From NCBI RefSeq assembly GCF_009914755.1, contig NC_060926.1: DNA of 64,000 nucleotides; one strand, 5' to 3'. The translations under genes and the position numbers were made by a program. Every line of letters starts with the position of its first letter. Position 1 is the stretch's first letter. Under the pieces are notes generated by a model. That model saw only the letters and a program-made list of their open reading frames with translations, was not told where the DNA came from and did not search any database. Below, in pieces: positions 16,247 through 29,999 of this stretch. The DNA comes from the human T2T-CHM13v2.0 reference genome, Homo sapiens.

Positions 16247-17489
16247 GTACAGGCGGCTCCGGGCCTCTGCCACCGGACGTTTCGCAGTTACCGTGGTAAC
16301 GCGACCATCGGTTCCCTCCTTCCGTTTTCTGAAAACGGAGACCAGAAAGTTGGCATATGATCTGAAGGTGCAGGAAGCTAGATCTTGAAAGTCTTTGGAA
16401 TGGTTGTATAGAGCCGAGTTGTGTTTGGCCCACAGCTCCTGGCTGCCTGGCTTTAATAATGGGCTTAGGGTTGTTCAGACACGCTTCATTAATGCCGGTG
16501 CTGTGTCCCACCAGGACTGTCTCATCTTTACTGCAGAGGAGGAGGAGTATTTTTGTTAGCGTTAGGTAGGGCCTGTAAGTGACGTTTGGAGTCATTAAGA
16601 ATTGAAGGTTAGTGCTTGGAAGTACTTTCAGCTGGTTTTGTTTGTTTGTTCCTGTTAATTTATTCACTCAACTTTTAAAAAAACTTTCAGACTTGTTAAA
16701 AATGAAGTGAGTGTAGAGGGAGGAGCTTAAGTTCTGTTTGGCGTATTAGGATGGGTGTTTGTCCGTATATGGTGGGTCAGGGCAGGAGTGGGTTCCTGGT
16801 TGTCTGTGATGAGCCGGTGGGTGGGTGTGGGATATGACCATATATGGAGGGATGGGGTGGAGCTGTCCCATATATGGCATATTGGAGGACTGGCTTAGAA
16901 ATACTGCACTTGGACGCATGAGGGGAGGGAGAGAATTGGGAACAAGTGCGGCCAGTGATTTTTTTTTAAATCATTATGACACTCAGAACCTTTTTCTGTT
17001 AGATCTTTTCAAAGACAGATGAATTCTGATTGTGCTCCCTAATAGAAGTATTGATGTGAAAGGATTGTCTGGGAACAAGCAGTGAGGAAGCCATTGTACC
17101 AACAAAGACTCCTTTGTGCGAAAATAACTGAAAAAAGGTTCCTAACAAAGACTCCAAAGTGGTGATAACTTGAAGGAAGCTTGTCAGAACAGAAGATATT
17201 TCCACCCTGCCTAGTAGATGTGTTTCAGAATCTTCACTTGGCCATCATCTTTGCTTTTTCTTAAACTATGTTCAAATAAAGGCAGCAAGTTTTAGCATTG
17301 GCAGTTGATTATATGTTGATTTCTGAAACACTGTTCATTTGAACACTTTCAGGGTGACAGTGTATGCCCAAACTGGTATTTATCTGCAAAGAGTTGTAGG
17401 AAAGGGGTATGCTGTTAGGCATGTTTTAAAGCTTCAGTGTTGTGCCTTGTCTCTTGTTGAAAAGGAGGAGTGACCGAAGAGCATTTAAC

Positions 17490-17700
17490 CATGTGGCAAG
17501 CACTTCACAACTATGATCTCGTTTAATCCTTACAGCAGTTCTTGGGGGTAGGTACTAATATTGCCCCCATTTTATGGATGAAACTACTGTGCCTGAGGGA
17601 CGTTAAGCATCTTGCCAAGGACACATACGTAGGAATTGACATAGCCTGTATTCTGTCAAACCCAGGAAGTTTTACTCCAGAAGCTGCCCTCTTAACCATC
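17490..17700 (-). mobile_element. MIR SINE
   Basis: ccccatttt...gatgaaactact...gttaagcatcttgccaaggacaca MIR core. Confidence 0.7.
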
Positions 17701-19459
17701 AGGCCAGTGATCAAGAGCTATGCCACAGCAGAGCTCCTGTCATAGGCTGTGAGGTTTGGTTTTTTCCTGCATTCGGCTCATTCTCCTGCCAAATCAGGTT
17801 TTGATGTTTATAGAGATAATATATTGTGGTGCAAGAATGGCCAACCTTTTTGCTTTGGGCTTATAACCTTTCTGTAAGCTGGGCTTTGTGTACTAGATTT
17901 CAGTCGTGCTTGTTGTGGTTTATTTCGCCTGCCAAATAAAATTTTCTCTAGTGCATTTGTTTTTATGTGACTTGAATGGAAACAAGATTTTATTTAAACT
18001 TTCCAGTCTTTAGTTCTTTGGCAGATGTTGAGAGACTAGGCGTTCCCTTCCCTTCTGTAGCAGCAATTGAGGACCTGTTGGGTTAGGCAGGCAATCTAGG
18101 AGGAACTTCACATGTATATATTTTTTAAATCTCCTCCCTCCGCCCCCATCCTTTGAGGAGGTGGTGATATCTTCATTTTCAGAATGAGGAAATAGATTTA
18201 GGAAAAGGAATCTTGTCCAGATTTGCATAATTAGCTGCGGAGGGAGGCTGCGAATCCAGATTGGGCCCAGTGTCTTCTCCACTGCACTTTGGTGCCTAAC
18301 CTGAAGACAACTGGGAATTCATGTCAAAAACAATTTTGGCTAGGTTGGATTTTTGCCTTACTTGTACACATCACAACTCAACCCTCATGTAAGATGCCAA
18401 TCTTCTGTCTCTTTTCTAGTCATGATTTATCACTGCATTCCTTAGTTGAGTAGCAGATGTTAAGTTTGGGGGCCATGTTGCATTAAAAAAAACCAGGATT
18501 TTATTTTACCTTGATTTTAGAGTTGGGGGGTCTTGTTGCCCAGGCTGGTCTGGAACTCCTGGGCTCAAAACACCAAAACCAATTTGTGCTTGGTGAGATG
18601 GAGGCAGGAACCAAGTAACTAAGACCATGCTTACACTAGGGTTTAGGGGCATTAAGTTTTTGGGGGGTGAGATGGGGGTGGGGCGAGGGGCTGAGATGAA
18701 TGTCAATAAATAACATTCAAGTAATATGTAACCATTCTTCTATTATTAGGACAAATACAAGTCTGTCTAGACTGGCTTGTTTAGATAGTTATGGATGATA
18801 TTAATGAGGCCAAGGCTTGTTAACTTTGTTTCACCTAGAGAGACTTTATAACAAAACCACTTACTTAGATGACAAAAAGAGAATATGTCTAGTAGTTGGT
18901 TACAGAGAAGTTAAGGTGAAGACATAATAACAGTGGATAACTATGATTAAATGGTTACATCAGGATTTAGCAAAGAAAAAATAATCATTAAATGGATATT
19001 ATGTGGCGATTACTTCATTTAATCCTCACAAATATCCTAGATGGTAAACTACATTTTTAGTGTCAAAAACTGAGGCTTAAAGAAGTTAAATAACTTGAGT
19101 TTGTCTCCAGACCTTAAACACTAGGCTTTAATATTCAGGTAGAGCGAGGTTAGAGCATTTTATTTTGCTAGCCTCTATATCCCTAGCACCGAGAACACTG
19201 CTTGGCATGTAGTGTGTGCTCAGCTATTTGAATGGATAAGTGAAGGAATCATAAAATTATTACCTCTCCTATGGAGAAACAGTTTAGAAAGAATCTACTG
19301 ATGAGGCAGTAGCATTCTCTTCATCTGGAATAACAACAGATCTTAATTAGATGTGGCTATAAAGACTGCTTTAATCTTATTTTTATCCTGCTCTTTCTAC
19401 TTGAGTATGAAATGAGTTGCTTCCTAGCTGATTTTGTTCACATAATTATGCGTGGTGGG

Positions 19460-19584
19460 AATGCCCTGCTTCCTTAACTTGTCCTTTTTTCTTTGAAGCC
19501 TACCTTTTTCTTGAGTCTAATGCCCTGCTTCCTTAACTTGTCCTTTTTTCTTTGAAGCCTACCTGTTTCTTGCGTCTAATGCCC
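19460..19584 (+). repeat. 59-bp tandem duplication (2 copies plus 7 bp)
   Basis: aatgccctgcttccttaacttgtcc... begins at 19460 and 19519, with aatgccc again at 19578; 2 mismatches between copies. Confidence 0.95.
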
Positions 19585-20433
19585 CTTCTTAGTCCTTACA
19601 GGTGTCCTTAGCAGGCAATTAGTCCTTGCCATCTGTATGTACCATTTCCTGCTATTGTCAGCAATTTGGTGCCTTGACTAATGCCTAGCCTTTCATTTTT
19701 GCACACCATTGAAACTTTAATGTTAGTGCAATCTGCTGCCAGTCAAGCCATGTAAAATGAAAAAACTTCTAGCACGGTATAAAAACTGTTTACCCCTTTT
19801 AATTGAATGCTGGACCTTGGGATCTTCGACAAACATTTAGGCATAAGAAGACATAAGTGGAAGCACAAGGAATTAATTTCTTTGTGGAGTAGTGAATTAA
19901 GTGGTATCCTGCATTGTAGTGCAAGGCATAAAATAGACATGTAATTAAAAATTTGTCTAAAAACCATATCATTCTGTGCTCCTGCTTTTAAACTTGGAAA
20001 CATTTTCATTGGTGTTTCTGATGGCCTTTATAATCATATAGTCAGGTGAGATGAGAGTATGGTAAGAGTGGGAGATTTTGATATTAGTTTATTAGATACA
20101 ATATTAATTCATATATCAGAAAGATTTTCTGTTGGGGAAACATTGGCTTGAAAAATCTGAAATATCGAGCATTTGGTCAAGGTGTTTCATAGGTACTAAT
20201 AAGGTACACATTTGCAAAATACCCATTAAAAGAAGAGCAGATTTCACAATTATAGGTAGTGAATCATAGTTGACTCTGGCCTTTGAAGCCACACAGTGTA
20301 AGTCACATCTCATTGTGGGCCAAAGGAGCATGGGTGAAATAACACAATTTAGAATAGAAACTAGCTGCATCTGTCAGCTTGCATGAGCTTGGTCAAGTCA
20401 CTTTAGTTCTTACTGAATTTAAATGTCTTTTTA

Positions 20434-21124
<691 letters not shown>

Positions 21125-23819
21125 GACATATATGGTTTTGATAGGAAACTTTTGAACAATATTGAAGAAAGCTCACAACTTGTTGGTTTTCTTATATATT
21201 TTTTAAAGTCATCTTTTTCCAAACCAAAATAATGTGATTTTTGGCTAATACAGCATAATATTTGAAAGTCATAAACTTAAATTGTTTTTAAGGAGGTAAA
21301 CTTTTTTTTTTTTTTTTCAAATCACTCAAAAATTGGGATATGGAAAGGGGCCCTGTCTGTCTTTTGGTTTAGGGTTATCTTAAGCTTTAGATAGTGATCT
21401 GGTAAGAACTGTGATGTTGCTTAAGTTTTGGGAAACCACTTAAGATCTTAATCCTTCTTAATTCTGCACTTTTTTTTTTTTTTGCTGAATAGATATTAGA
21501 TAATTGTGTTGAAGATCCTCTTTCCCCTGCTCCTAACTTAATAAGTGATACCTTGATAAGATTTGAATTAACCATGGAGGTATTAAAACTACCTAGTTGT
21601 CTTGCCAGACACTTTACATACACTGTCTTTTAAAATATGCCTAACTATGCAATGAGAGGTGTCACTTTTTTCATTTTGAAAAACATTGAGAGAACTTAGA
21701 TTTTCTAAGTGAGGGTTCTTAACCTGGGGTGCAAGTTAGTTGGTTTCCTTTGTAATCATAAGTATTTTATTTTATACATGTAAAATCATTCTAAGAGAGA
21801 TTCAGTGTAGCTGGGAATTCAAGGTCTCTGAATCTGGATCTAGAATTTGTGTGTGCTCATTCCTCTTATACCACATTGCTGATAAATAAGAAAACTGTCT
21901 ACCTAAAGCTTGGTTGGGTTTGAGGTTGATGTGAATATGGAGCAGAAAGACTAGCCAATTTAGGGGAGATGTCAGAGCATATGGATTCTGTGGCTAGGAA
22001 ACAGAAAGGAAGATGGGCAGTCTCTGCCCACCTTTATGAAAGACCATTTGGTTGATTACAGTGATAGAAAACATATAACCAGGGAGAAACGTATGTGGGC
22101 CTTGCCACGTGGGTGTTCACATTTATTCTGATTTGGAAAGTATTCAGTAATAACTGCAAAGTTAAAAGCCTAAAATACCAAGAAGATATGTAGTTTCCTA
22201 GGTAAAGTCGCCTGGGAGGTTAGGGATGCATGTTTTGTTGGCTGAGAAGGGTAGGATAGATCTTAGATTTCATTTATTTTTATCCTGTAGACTGGAGAAG
22301 GTTTGGGATTGGGGCTAATGTGGGAATTTAGTGCCTTCTAAGCAGGTGAGAGAAACAAGATAGGAACCCAATGCAGAGGGAAATTTATTCATTAATCTAT
22401 GCTAACAAGTATTTGAGTACCAATTAGATTCCATATACTAGTGATATACAGTTGTAAGCAAAAGCAGAGACAGACTTTGACCTATTAGAATTTAATTGTC
22501 AATCAGTTAACAAATAAATAATGCAAAGTGTGGATAAGAGCTAAGACGGAAAAGTACAAAACTTTGAGTACAGTTAGTATGGGGACCTCTCTTGGGAGAG
22601 AGAGGCACTTTGGTAAGGGAAGGTTTGTTTGAGGAAAGGATATATGAATTGTGCTCTGATAGATGAAGTTAACTAGTTAATAAACTGAAGGTTGAAAAGG
22701 GATGTATGAGTGATGTCTGTAAAATGATGAACAGATTTGATAGATGATAGATGTATTAACTAATTCCTGGAAACCAAAATGAGAGACCTCTTTAGTAAGA
22801 GGAGGAATTTTAAATCAAATAAAAACAGTGATTTTTACACTGAATATCGAGGGAGTTTATTGTCATTGGTAGAATACAAAAAGCATTGAAGAGGACCTAG
22901 AGTAAGTTAAGGGGTAGCATATTTATAATAGGTTAAGGAAGCTGGAGTGTTTCAATGCTTTTATATGACTTTGAGTTTTATGGTTTTGTAAACAATTCCT
23001 ACTCATAGATCACTCCCAGAAGCCCACTTTTAGACTGAATTTTCTTAATGTCTTTAAATATGTATACAGGTTTTAAGAGTTGTAGCCTTAGGGTTAAAAG
23101 TATTATGCAGGTCAGAAGCAGAAAACATTACAATTACTTGGAAAACAATATTTCAAGGTAGTTTAACTTTCATATAAGAAGCTAGAGATAGTTCTGAAAA
23201 ACTTTGTGGTCATTTTGTTAATCACTCGTTTCTATGTTATCCAACAAGTAGTTTAAGACTCCAAATTCTGTGGTAAATTTCCTAGCTTATTCAACTGAAA
23301 GGGATATTGAAGATGTGCTGTATATTAGGCCTTGTGCTAAATTTACTCATTCCAGAGGAATTCAAAAGGAGGTGGTGGATTGTGGTGATGGGGGGTCATC
23401 TTAAGCCCACTTATATTGTCAATAGACAATTACAGTGCAGTTTTATTAAGTACATCTTTTGAGTTTCAAATTTTTGTCTTGCAATTCCAAAAGCTCAGAT
23501 GTCTAATTAATGTATGTAAACGCCTGATAAGTAGGGGTTGTTTGGTTTCTGGGCTTCCCAGGGGTTTACTTTAGGGACACAGACTGGCCCAAAAAGCCTT
23601 GACTTCTGCATCCCGAAGTGAGTTGGGAGCCAAAGCCTGGTTCATGTGTGATTATGTATTGTGGGCTGTGACAGGAAGTGAGGGAGCTGGAAGGGGGAAA
23701 GCACATCCAGATAAAGGATTCAAATAGAATAATGAAGGTATAGTTCAGCTGGGGCATTTGTAATGCTTATTTTAATAAATTGAATCTGCTTCCCCCACCC
23801 CCCAATTTTGTCTGTCTAG

Positions 23820-23975
23820 GTGTGTGTGGAATTTGATGGGGAATCTTGGAGGAAAAGAAGATGGATAGAAGTCTACAGCCTTCTAAGGAGAGCATTTTTA
23901 GTAGAACATAATTTGGTTTTAGCTGAACGAAAGTCACCTGAAATTTCTGAACGAATTGTACAGTGGCCTGCAATA
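23820..23975 (+). CDS. KDM3A: KDM3A exon 3 (VCVEFDG...QWPAI)
   Basis: ctag|GTGTGT ... ATA|gtgagt; 156 nt, phase 0-0. Confidence 0.96.
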
Positions 23976-24204
23976 GTGAGTAAAACTTGGGCTTATTGAA
24001 CTCCTGAGAAGAGGGCATTTTATCCATTGTGGGTACAAAAGGAATATGTAAATGTAATGCCAGAAAGTCAGAAAAGCTCCCAGGATCTCCTGCCAGCCCT
24101 TTTAAGAACTCTGCACTTCTGAGCGAGTCCCTTGACTTTGTTGGACCTCGTGTTCACTTGACAAATAGGGATGGAGGTAGTAGTGGGAATGTCTAGGTCA
24201 GAAG

Positions 24205-24425
24205 GCAGGAACTAGCAGTCATATGCAAACATATAGATCTGTTTGGTTTGGCCCTTGCAGTACTTTCAAAACATTTGAATTAATTGCCTACTTTAAAAAA
24301 TGTGGAGAATACATCTGAAAATCTAGATTTCCATTGTCTCTTAAAAAATCTACAAGATAATGGCAACACTGGAGCCTTATGGCAGCAATGGGCTAGAGCC
24401 AAATAGTAGCTGTTGCCTTGCTCTC
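24205..24425. mobile_element. Old hAT-Charlie MITE fragment (MER102-like)
   Basis: tttgaattaattgcc...aaaatctagatttcc...tggcaacactgg resembles the recalled consensus. Confidence 0.45.
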
Positions 24426-25115
24426 TGTAGGGTTTCCAGTCTTGATCTTATGATCTTTAAGGTTCCCTCTGGATTATTATATTTTTTGGCTTTAAAGATA
24501 CTATAAGTCAGTATATGATTGTGCTATATCCACATTGTAAAGTGTGGTGCAAAGAGAAGAGTGAGCGCTGTCTGGAGAGGGCACTTTAGTCTTTATGGGA
24601 CTTGAGCTGGTGCTTCAAGGAGGGAAGGTTGGATCTGGATAGTTTGGAAAGGCCGGGAGAATGGTTGAAGGCTGATCAGATTGTGATCTGATTTTGCCCA
24701 TGAGTGAAAAGAGCTGCTATGGAGATTCTTGAGAGATGAGGGTTGTGGTTAAAGTTTTATTTTGCTCTTTGTATTTTTTTTTCCAGCTGTTTAGAACTGG
24801 TTAAAAACACAGGCCTGTCTCCCCAGAGAAGTGTGCATACAAACAGTTTTTGCATAAATTTTTGGGACACCATGAATCTGTGAACCCAGTCTTGAATATT
24901 AATAACTCCCAAATGTCTATCTGGTTTAAATTATTGGGTTTGAATAAAAATTGTATTATCTATGGCTGCATAAATAGTTGTTATGAGATAACTTGCAGTA
25001 AATAAAAAAAATTAGTGGCTTTATCACTTTCTCTGTGTGTGGAAAATTGCCAGTTCCTATTTTCAGAATTATGCTGACAGCAGTTATGATGCTAAAGTGT
25101 TTTCTTTTGTTTTAG

Positions 25116-25226
25116 ACGTACAAACCTCTGTTGGACAAAGCTGGTTTGGGATCCATAACTTCTGTTCGCTTTCTGGGAGATCAACAAAGAGTATTTCTTT
25201 CTAAAGACCTTTTGAAGCCTATACAG
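25116..25226 (+). CDS. KDM3A: KDM3A exon 4 (TYKPLLD...LKPIQ)
   Basis: ttag|ACG ... CAG|gtaaaa; 111 nt. Confidence 0.96.
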
Positions 25227-25296
25227 GTAAAACATAGAAACAGTAGTAAACATTAGAAACAGAAATACGAACTCCTTTAACATGAGAAGTAAAGTA

Positions 25297-25691
25297 CAGT
25301 TGAACCTTAAATAGTGTGGGTATTATGGATGCCTACTCCTTGCACAGTAAAACATCTACATATAACTTTGATTCCCTCCAAACTCTACTAATAGCTTACT
25401 GTTGACCATAAGCCTTATTGATAAACAGTTGGTTAACATATATTTTGTATATATATTATGTACTGTATTCTTACAATAAAATTAGCTAGATAAAAGAAAA
25501 TGTTATTAAAATCATAAGCAGAATACATTTAGTATTCATTAAGTGGAAGTAGATCATTATAAAAGGTTTTTGTCCTTGTCTTCATGTTGAGTAGACTTTC
25601 GGTCTTGCAATCTCGGGTGACAGAGGTGGAAGGAAATCTGTTTATAATGGGGCCTGCACAGTCCACAACTGTGTTGTTCAGTGGCCAACTG
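25297..25691 (+). mobile_element. Tigger2a-like Tc1/mariner MITE
   Basis: TA|CAGTTGAACCTT ... TTCAGTGGCCAACTG|TA: terminal inverted repeats and TA target duplication. Confidence 0.8.
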
Positions 25692-25952
25692 TATATTGAT
25701 GTTGACTGCTCTAATTTAAATACCTAACAGGAAAGAACCCATCCCATCAGCAGTTAGGTGTTAGACATCATTCCTCAATGTTAGCTTTTAGGTTAGTGCT
25801 GTCCATTTACGGTTGAAAGGACAAGGGTATTATAGTTGATGGTGTGTGTGTATGGAAACACTTAGGTGATATGAAAATAATATTTAAAAGTAGACCGTTG
25901 TTTATATACATATATGTGCATGCATACATAGACACTCATGCATACATATATA

Positions 25953-26567
25953 CAAGCAATCCTCATTATTTGTAGATTCTATGTTTGTGAATTTACCTAT
26001 TTGCTAAAATATATTTGTAACCCCAAATCAATACTTGTGGTGGTTCATGGTCATTCACCAGTACTTGCAGAGCTGCAAATAATTTGAGTTGCATGATGCA
26101 GGTTCCCAGCTCCTAGCTAAGGTTAAATAAGGTGATGTTCCACCTTGTTTCACTTATGCTGTAAACAGGTGTGCTTTTTGCAGTCTATTTAGTGCTGCAT
26201 TTTTGTGCTTTTTTTTTTTTTTTGGTGATTTCACTGTTTAAAATGGCCCCCAAAAGCAGTGCTGAAGTGCCATGATGTGTCTTAAGAACAAAATACATGT
26301 GTTAGATAAGCTTCGTTCGTCTGAGTTATAGTGCTCTTGGCTGTGAATTCAAGGTTAGTGCATAAGCAGTATATATTAAATAAGATGTCTTTCAACAGAA
26401 ACACATAAAACAAGATTATGTGTCAATTGGTTGTTGAAAATGTGACCAGAGGCTTGAAGGAACCTACACCTGTATTTCCCCTAGGAGCAATGGTTCAGTA
26501 TTTGTTAATAAAACATTTTTTTGCAACTTGATAAAACATAACTACTGCAAATGATGAGAATAGACTG
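25953..26567 (+). mobile_element. MER82-like Tigger MITE
   Basis: caagcaatcctcattatttg ... caaatgatgagaatagactg inverted ends; internal gctaaaatatatttgtaaccccaaatcaatac. Confidence 0.75.
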
Positions 26568-29097
26568 CACACACGCATACAAACACACACATTATAATAA
26601 TATTCATCTTTTAGATATCATTTATAAAGCTGAATAATCTTCTTTACCGCCTTCTGTTTTGTGACTTCATACCTGACTTGTTTCTTTGGGGTATAGAACT
26701 ATGAAACCTATTTGCTAAAAGTAGTTTGGGGTCAGTGGTTATCAGGTTGCCGAGCCTGTATCGGGAAGCCCAAAGCACTGGCTTTTCCTCTACTTGAGTC
26801 TCATCCATACTTCCATATCTGGAAAGTGAGTGAAAACAGGATTCATAATCTGAACCTTATTTTATAATGTTTAAGTAATGGAACAGAGGAAGATGCTTTC
26901 ACTTAGTTAATTTCAGACACAAGTTCTTGTGTTATACCCATCTTGATATTTTTCCTGACTTAAAAGGAAGACTGACTTGCTTGCAGGGATCAAATAACAT
27001 ACAGGGGGGTTGTGGATATTTTGCTTTACTGAGTAATAAAAGGAATTTTTTATTCTTAGTGCTGTTTTCTGAATTTACATCTTTCCTGTATTTAAGGTTT
27101 TCAATTAAGGTAGAACCCTAGTTTTGTTTCTTGGGATTGAGAAAGAAACATCTAAATTAGTAAGTTTATATTTGTTCTCGGGAAGAGGGGCTGTGGGGCT
27201 GTGAGCCATCAGTGTGAATGTTGTCATTAATACGATATACAATTAACTGGGAGAACTATAATGTGTGGTCTTGACTTTTAGTGATGTTGAGTTTTCAAAG
27301 TTTAGTACTTCAGAGAATTATCTTGTAGATATGGGTGTTCACAGTAGGCTGTACGAAATTCCACGTTGGGGGATGTGATTACCCCAGTAGGATACTTGCT
27401 CTAGATAATGCACAGAGCACCTGAAAATCATTTGGCATGTGGAAAAATTGGGATTGAAAGTTAGGGTCCGTCTTTAGATTGAATTTTACTCAGTTATCTG
27501 TTGGTAAGAAAAAGATAAGGTATCTGGACAACTATCTTGCACTTTCGTTAAGCCCTAAACTCTCCTAGGCAGCCTAATATTTTTCTACTTTATTGAAGCC
27601 CTTTGCGGCTCTTTCCATTGATACATACTTTCATCTTGTAGTAGGAATTGGAGAATATAATTAAATTTTTTGAAATTGCATAAACAATACATGCATGAGA
27701 AAAAAACAAAAACTAACCCATTCTGGTAATTAATGTTGATCTCTTATGGAGTCCCTAGGTTTGTCTAATGTTACTTGGCAAAAGAAATACATTTTTCCAG
27801 CACAGCTTCTCTAACAGACTAGTTATCCTTCCCAGTGGGAAAAATGGATGACCCATTCTTGGTCATTATCCATTTCACAGTGGCAGAAAAGCATAAAGCC
27901 CTGATATTGGAAGGGCTTCTGTGTTGAGCACTGTTTTTTCTTTGCCCTGCTAGAATTCGGTTTGGCAAGTTATTCCTATTGACAGTTTCTGTATTACATT
28001 TATCATAACTGGGTGTGCACACAAAGCCAGAAGACTGTGGAATAGTGCCAAGAATGGAGCTGCTGCCAAGAATTGAATGTTTCAGAACTGGCTTACTCTG
28101 ACGCCTTAGGCTATTCATTCAGATTTTCTGTTTGTCCCCCCACCTCCCTTTTTGTAAAAAAGAATGCATTTTGTAATACTAGTTAGGTTAAATGAATCTG
28201 TGTGAAATGAGTTGTTAAAAACAGCAGTTTCTTACCAGGAAGGGAGCTGAAGCTTGGTCAGCTTTAAGGGGCCTTAGAAAATAGGGTTTTGGCCTAGGTA
28301 ACCAGGCTGAGATGTGGTTCAAAATTTTCCCTAAAATTGCCATCATGGGTGCATGCTTGCTCATCCCCAGGGTGGCCACTGGGCACAGCCATGGGTTTAC
28401 TAATGGGAATATGGAAAAAAGGGCTGCCCATTATCAGTGGACTTTGGTGGAAAGAGATATGTGTACCTCTGGAGTTAATCTTTACAATGTGTCAAAAGGT
28501 TTGGAGAACATTGATCAAGGAAACATTTTTCTGATTGATGAATAAACTAACTCTCAGTTATGGTCATCTACCCCTGCTAGTAGGTTACACAGTGTATTAT
28601 ATAGTACATGCAGTGTGTTATATAAAATAAAAAAAAAACCCAGACAGTAATTGCAATGAATCGACCATATACATCTGTCTCTTGTGTGTCATATCTGTGT
28701 TTTTTGTCCCTTGGATTTGGATTGTGATTTCCCCATCCCCAGTATTTAGGATACAGAGTGTTTTTTACTTGGATTGACCAGCTGTTTGTTTGCTTACTTT
28801 TTTCCCATTGCCAAAGTTAGTCATTTTTAAAATTATGCTTTGAGTTCCTCTTAATATTTCTCATGCTTCTAGCTTGGGATGACTTTACTTCAGTCTGCCT
28901 TATAGCTGTGATCATTTGATGGTCTAGGACTTTTTGAGCCATCTGGTTTACTGGAATTGGAATGATTTGGGCTATCACATGGTTTGTTGACACTACTTTA
29001 ACCCATTTGATTAACCAATTGAAATAGCCCACTGGAATTTAAATAACTCTTCTTATTAACTGTTACCCTTAACATGTAATGATCTTTCATTTTTCAG

Positions 29098-29200
29098 GAT
29101 GTAAACAGTCTTCGACTTTCTCTTACGGATAATCAGATTGTCAGTAAAGAATTTCAAGCTTTGATTGTGAAGCATTTAGATGAAAGCCATCTTTTAAAAG
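29098..29200 (+). CDS. KDM3A: KDM3A exon 5 (DVNSLRL...HLLK)
   Basis: ttcag|GAT ... AAAG|gtatat; 103 nt. Confidence 0.96.
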
Positions 29201-29297
29201 GTATATGCATTATCTAGTGGTGATAGTTCACGAGTTGACCAATGATTAGCTTGTGAGAAACTAGGGTTTAGCCTCTCATTCATTTGCTCATGGAAAT

Positions 29298-29547
29298 TTC
29301 TTTTTTCTTTTTTTTTTTTTTTGAGACAGTCTAGTTCCTAGGCTGGAGTGCCAGTGGTGCTGTCTTGGCTCACTGCAACCTCTGCCTTACAAGTAGCTAG
29401 GACTACAGGCACGCACCACCACACCCGGCTAGTTTTTGTATTTTTAGTAGAGACAAGATTTCACTATTTCACCATGTTGGCCAGGCTGGTGTCAAACTCC
29501 TGGCCTTAAGTGATCTGCCTGCCAAGTGTGAGCCATCACGCCGGGCC
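29298..29547 (-). mobile_element. Alu (antisense, internal deletions)
   Basis: Poly-T, ggctggagtg...ccatcacgccgggcc. Confidence 0.92.
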
Positions 29548-29675
29548 ATTTCTTACTTTTTTTCTAAAATAAATTTTTAAGAAATTTAAAATTTAAAATT
29601 CAAAAAATGTGTGTGTTGCTAAAACCTCTGAAATTTGGAAAGTTCAGGGATTATATGAAACTAACAGTAAAGTAG

Positions 29676-29999
29676 GGCCAGGCACAGTGGCTCAAGCCTG
29701 TGATCCCAGCACTTTGGGACATCCAAAGTGGGAGGATTGCTTGAGCCTAGGATAGGAGTTCAAGACCAGCTTGGGCAACACAGGGAGACGTCGATCTCTA
29801 CAAAACATTTTTAAAAAAATTAGCCCGGTGTGGTGGCACATGCCTGTAATCCCAGCTACTCAGGAGGCTGAGGCAGGAGGATCACTTGAACCCAGGAGGT
29901 CAAGGCTACAGTGATCCCTGATTACACTGCTACACTCCAGCCTGGGTGAGAGCAAGACCCTGTCTCAAAAAAAAAAAAAAAAAAAAGAAAAGAAAAAAG
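29676..29999 (+). mobile_element. AluJ-type (sense)
   Basis: Dimeric Alu with long A tail. Confidence 0.95.

Larger units (their letters stand above)
14690..16320. promoter_or_regulatory. CpG island / KDM3A promoter
   Basis: Abrupt rise in GC and CpG density spanning exon 1, intron 1 and exon 2. Confidence 0.93.

Noticed and set aside
15305-16360. Several long ORFs on both strands (e.g. 322 aa on the minus strand)
   Set aside because: Stop-poor GC-rich CpG island with Pro/Arg/Gly/Ala-rich translations; only 16061-16246 is supported as coding.
19460-19584. Direct repeats as a CRISPR-like array
   Set aside because: Two adjacent copies without spacers in a mammalian intron.
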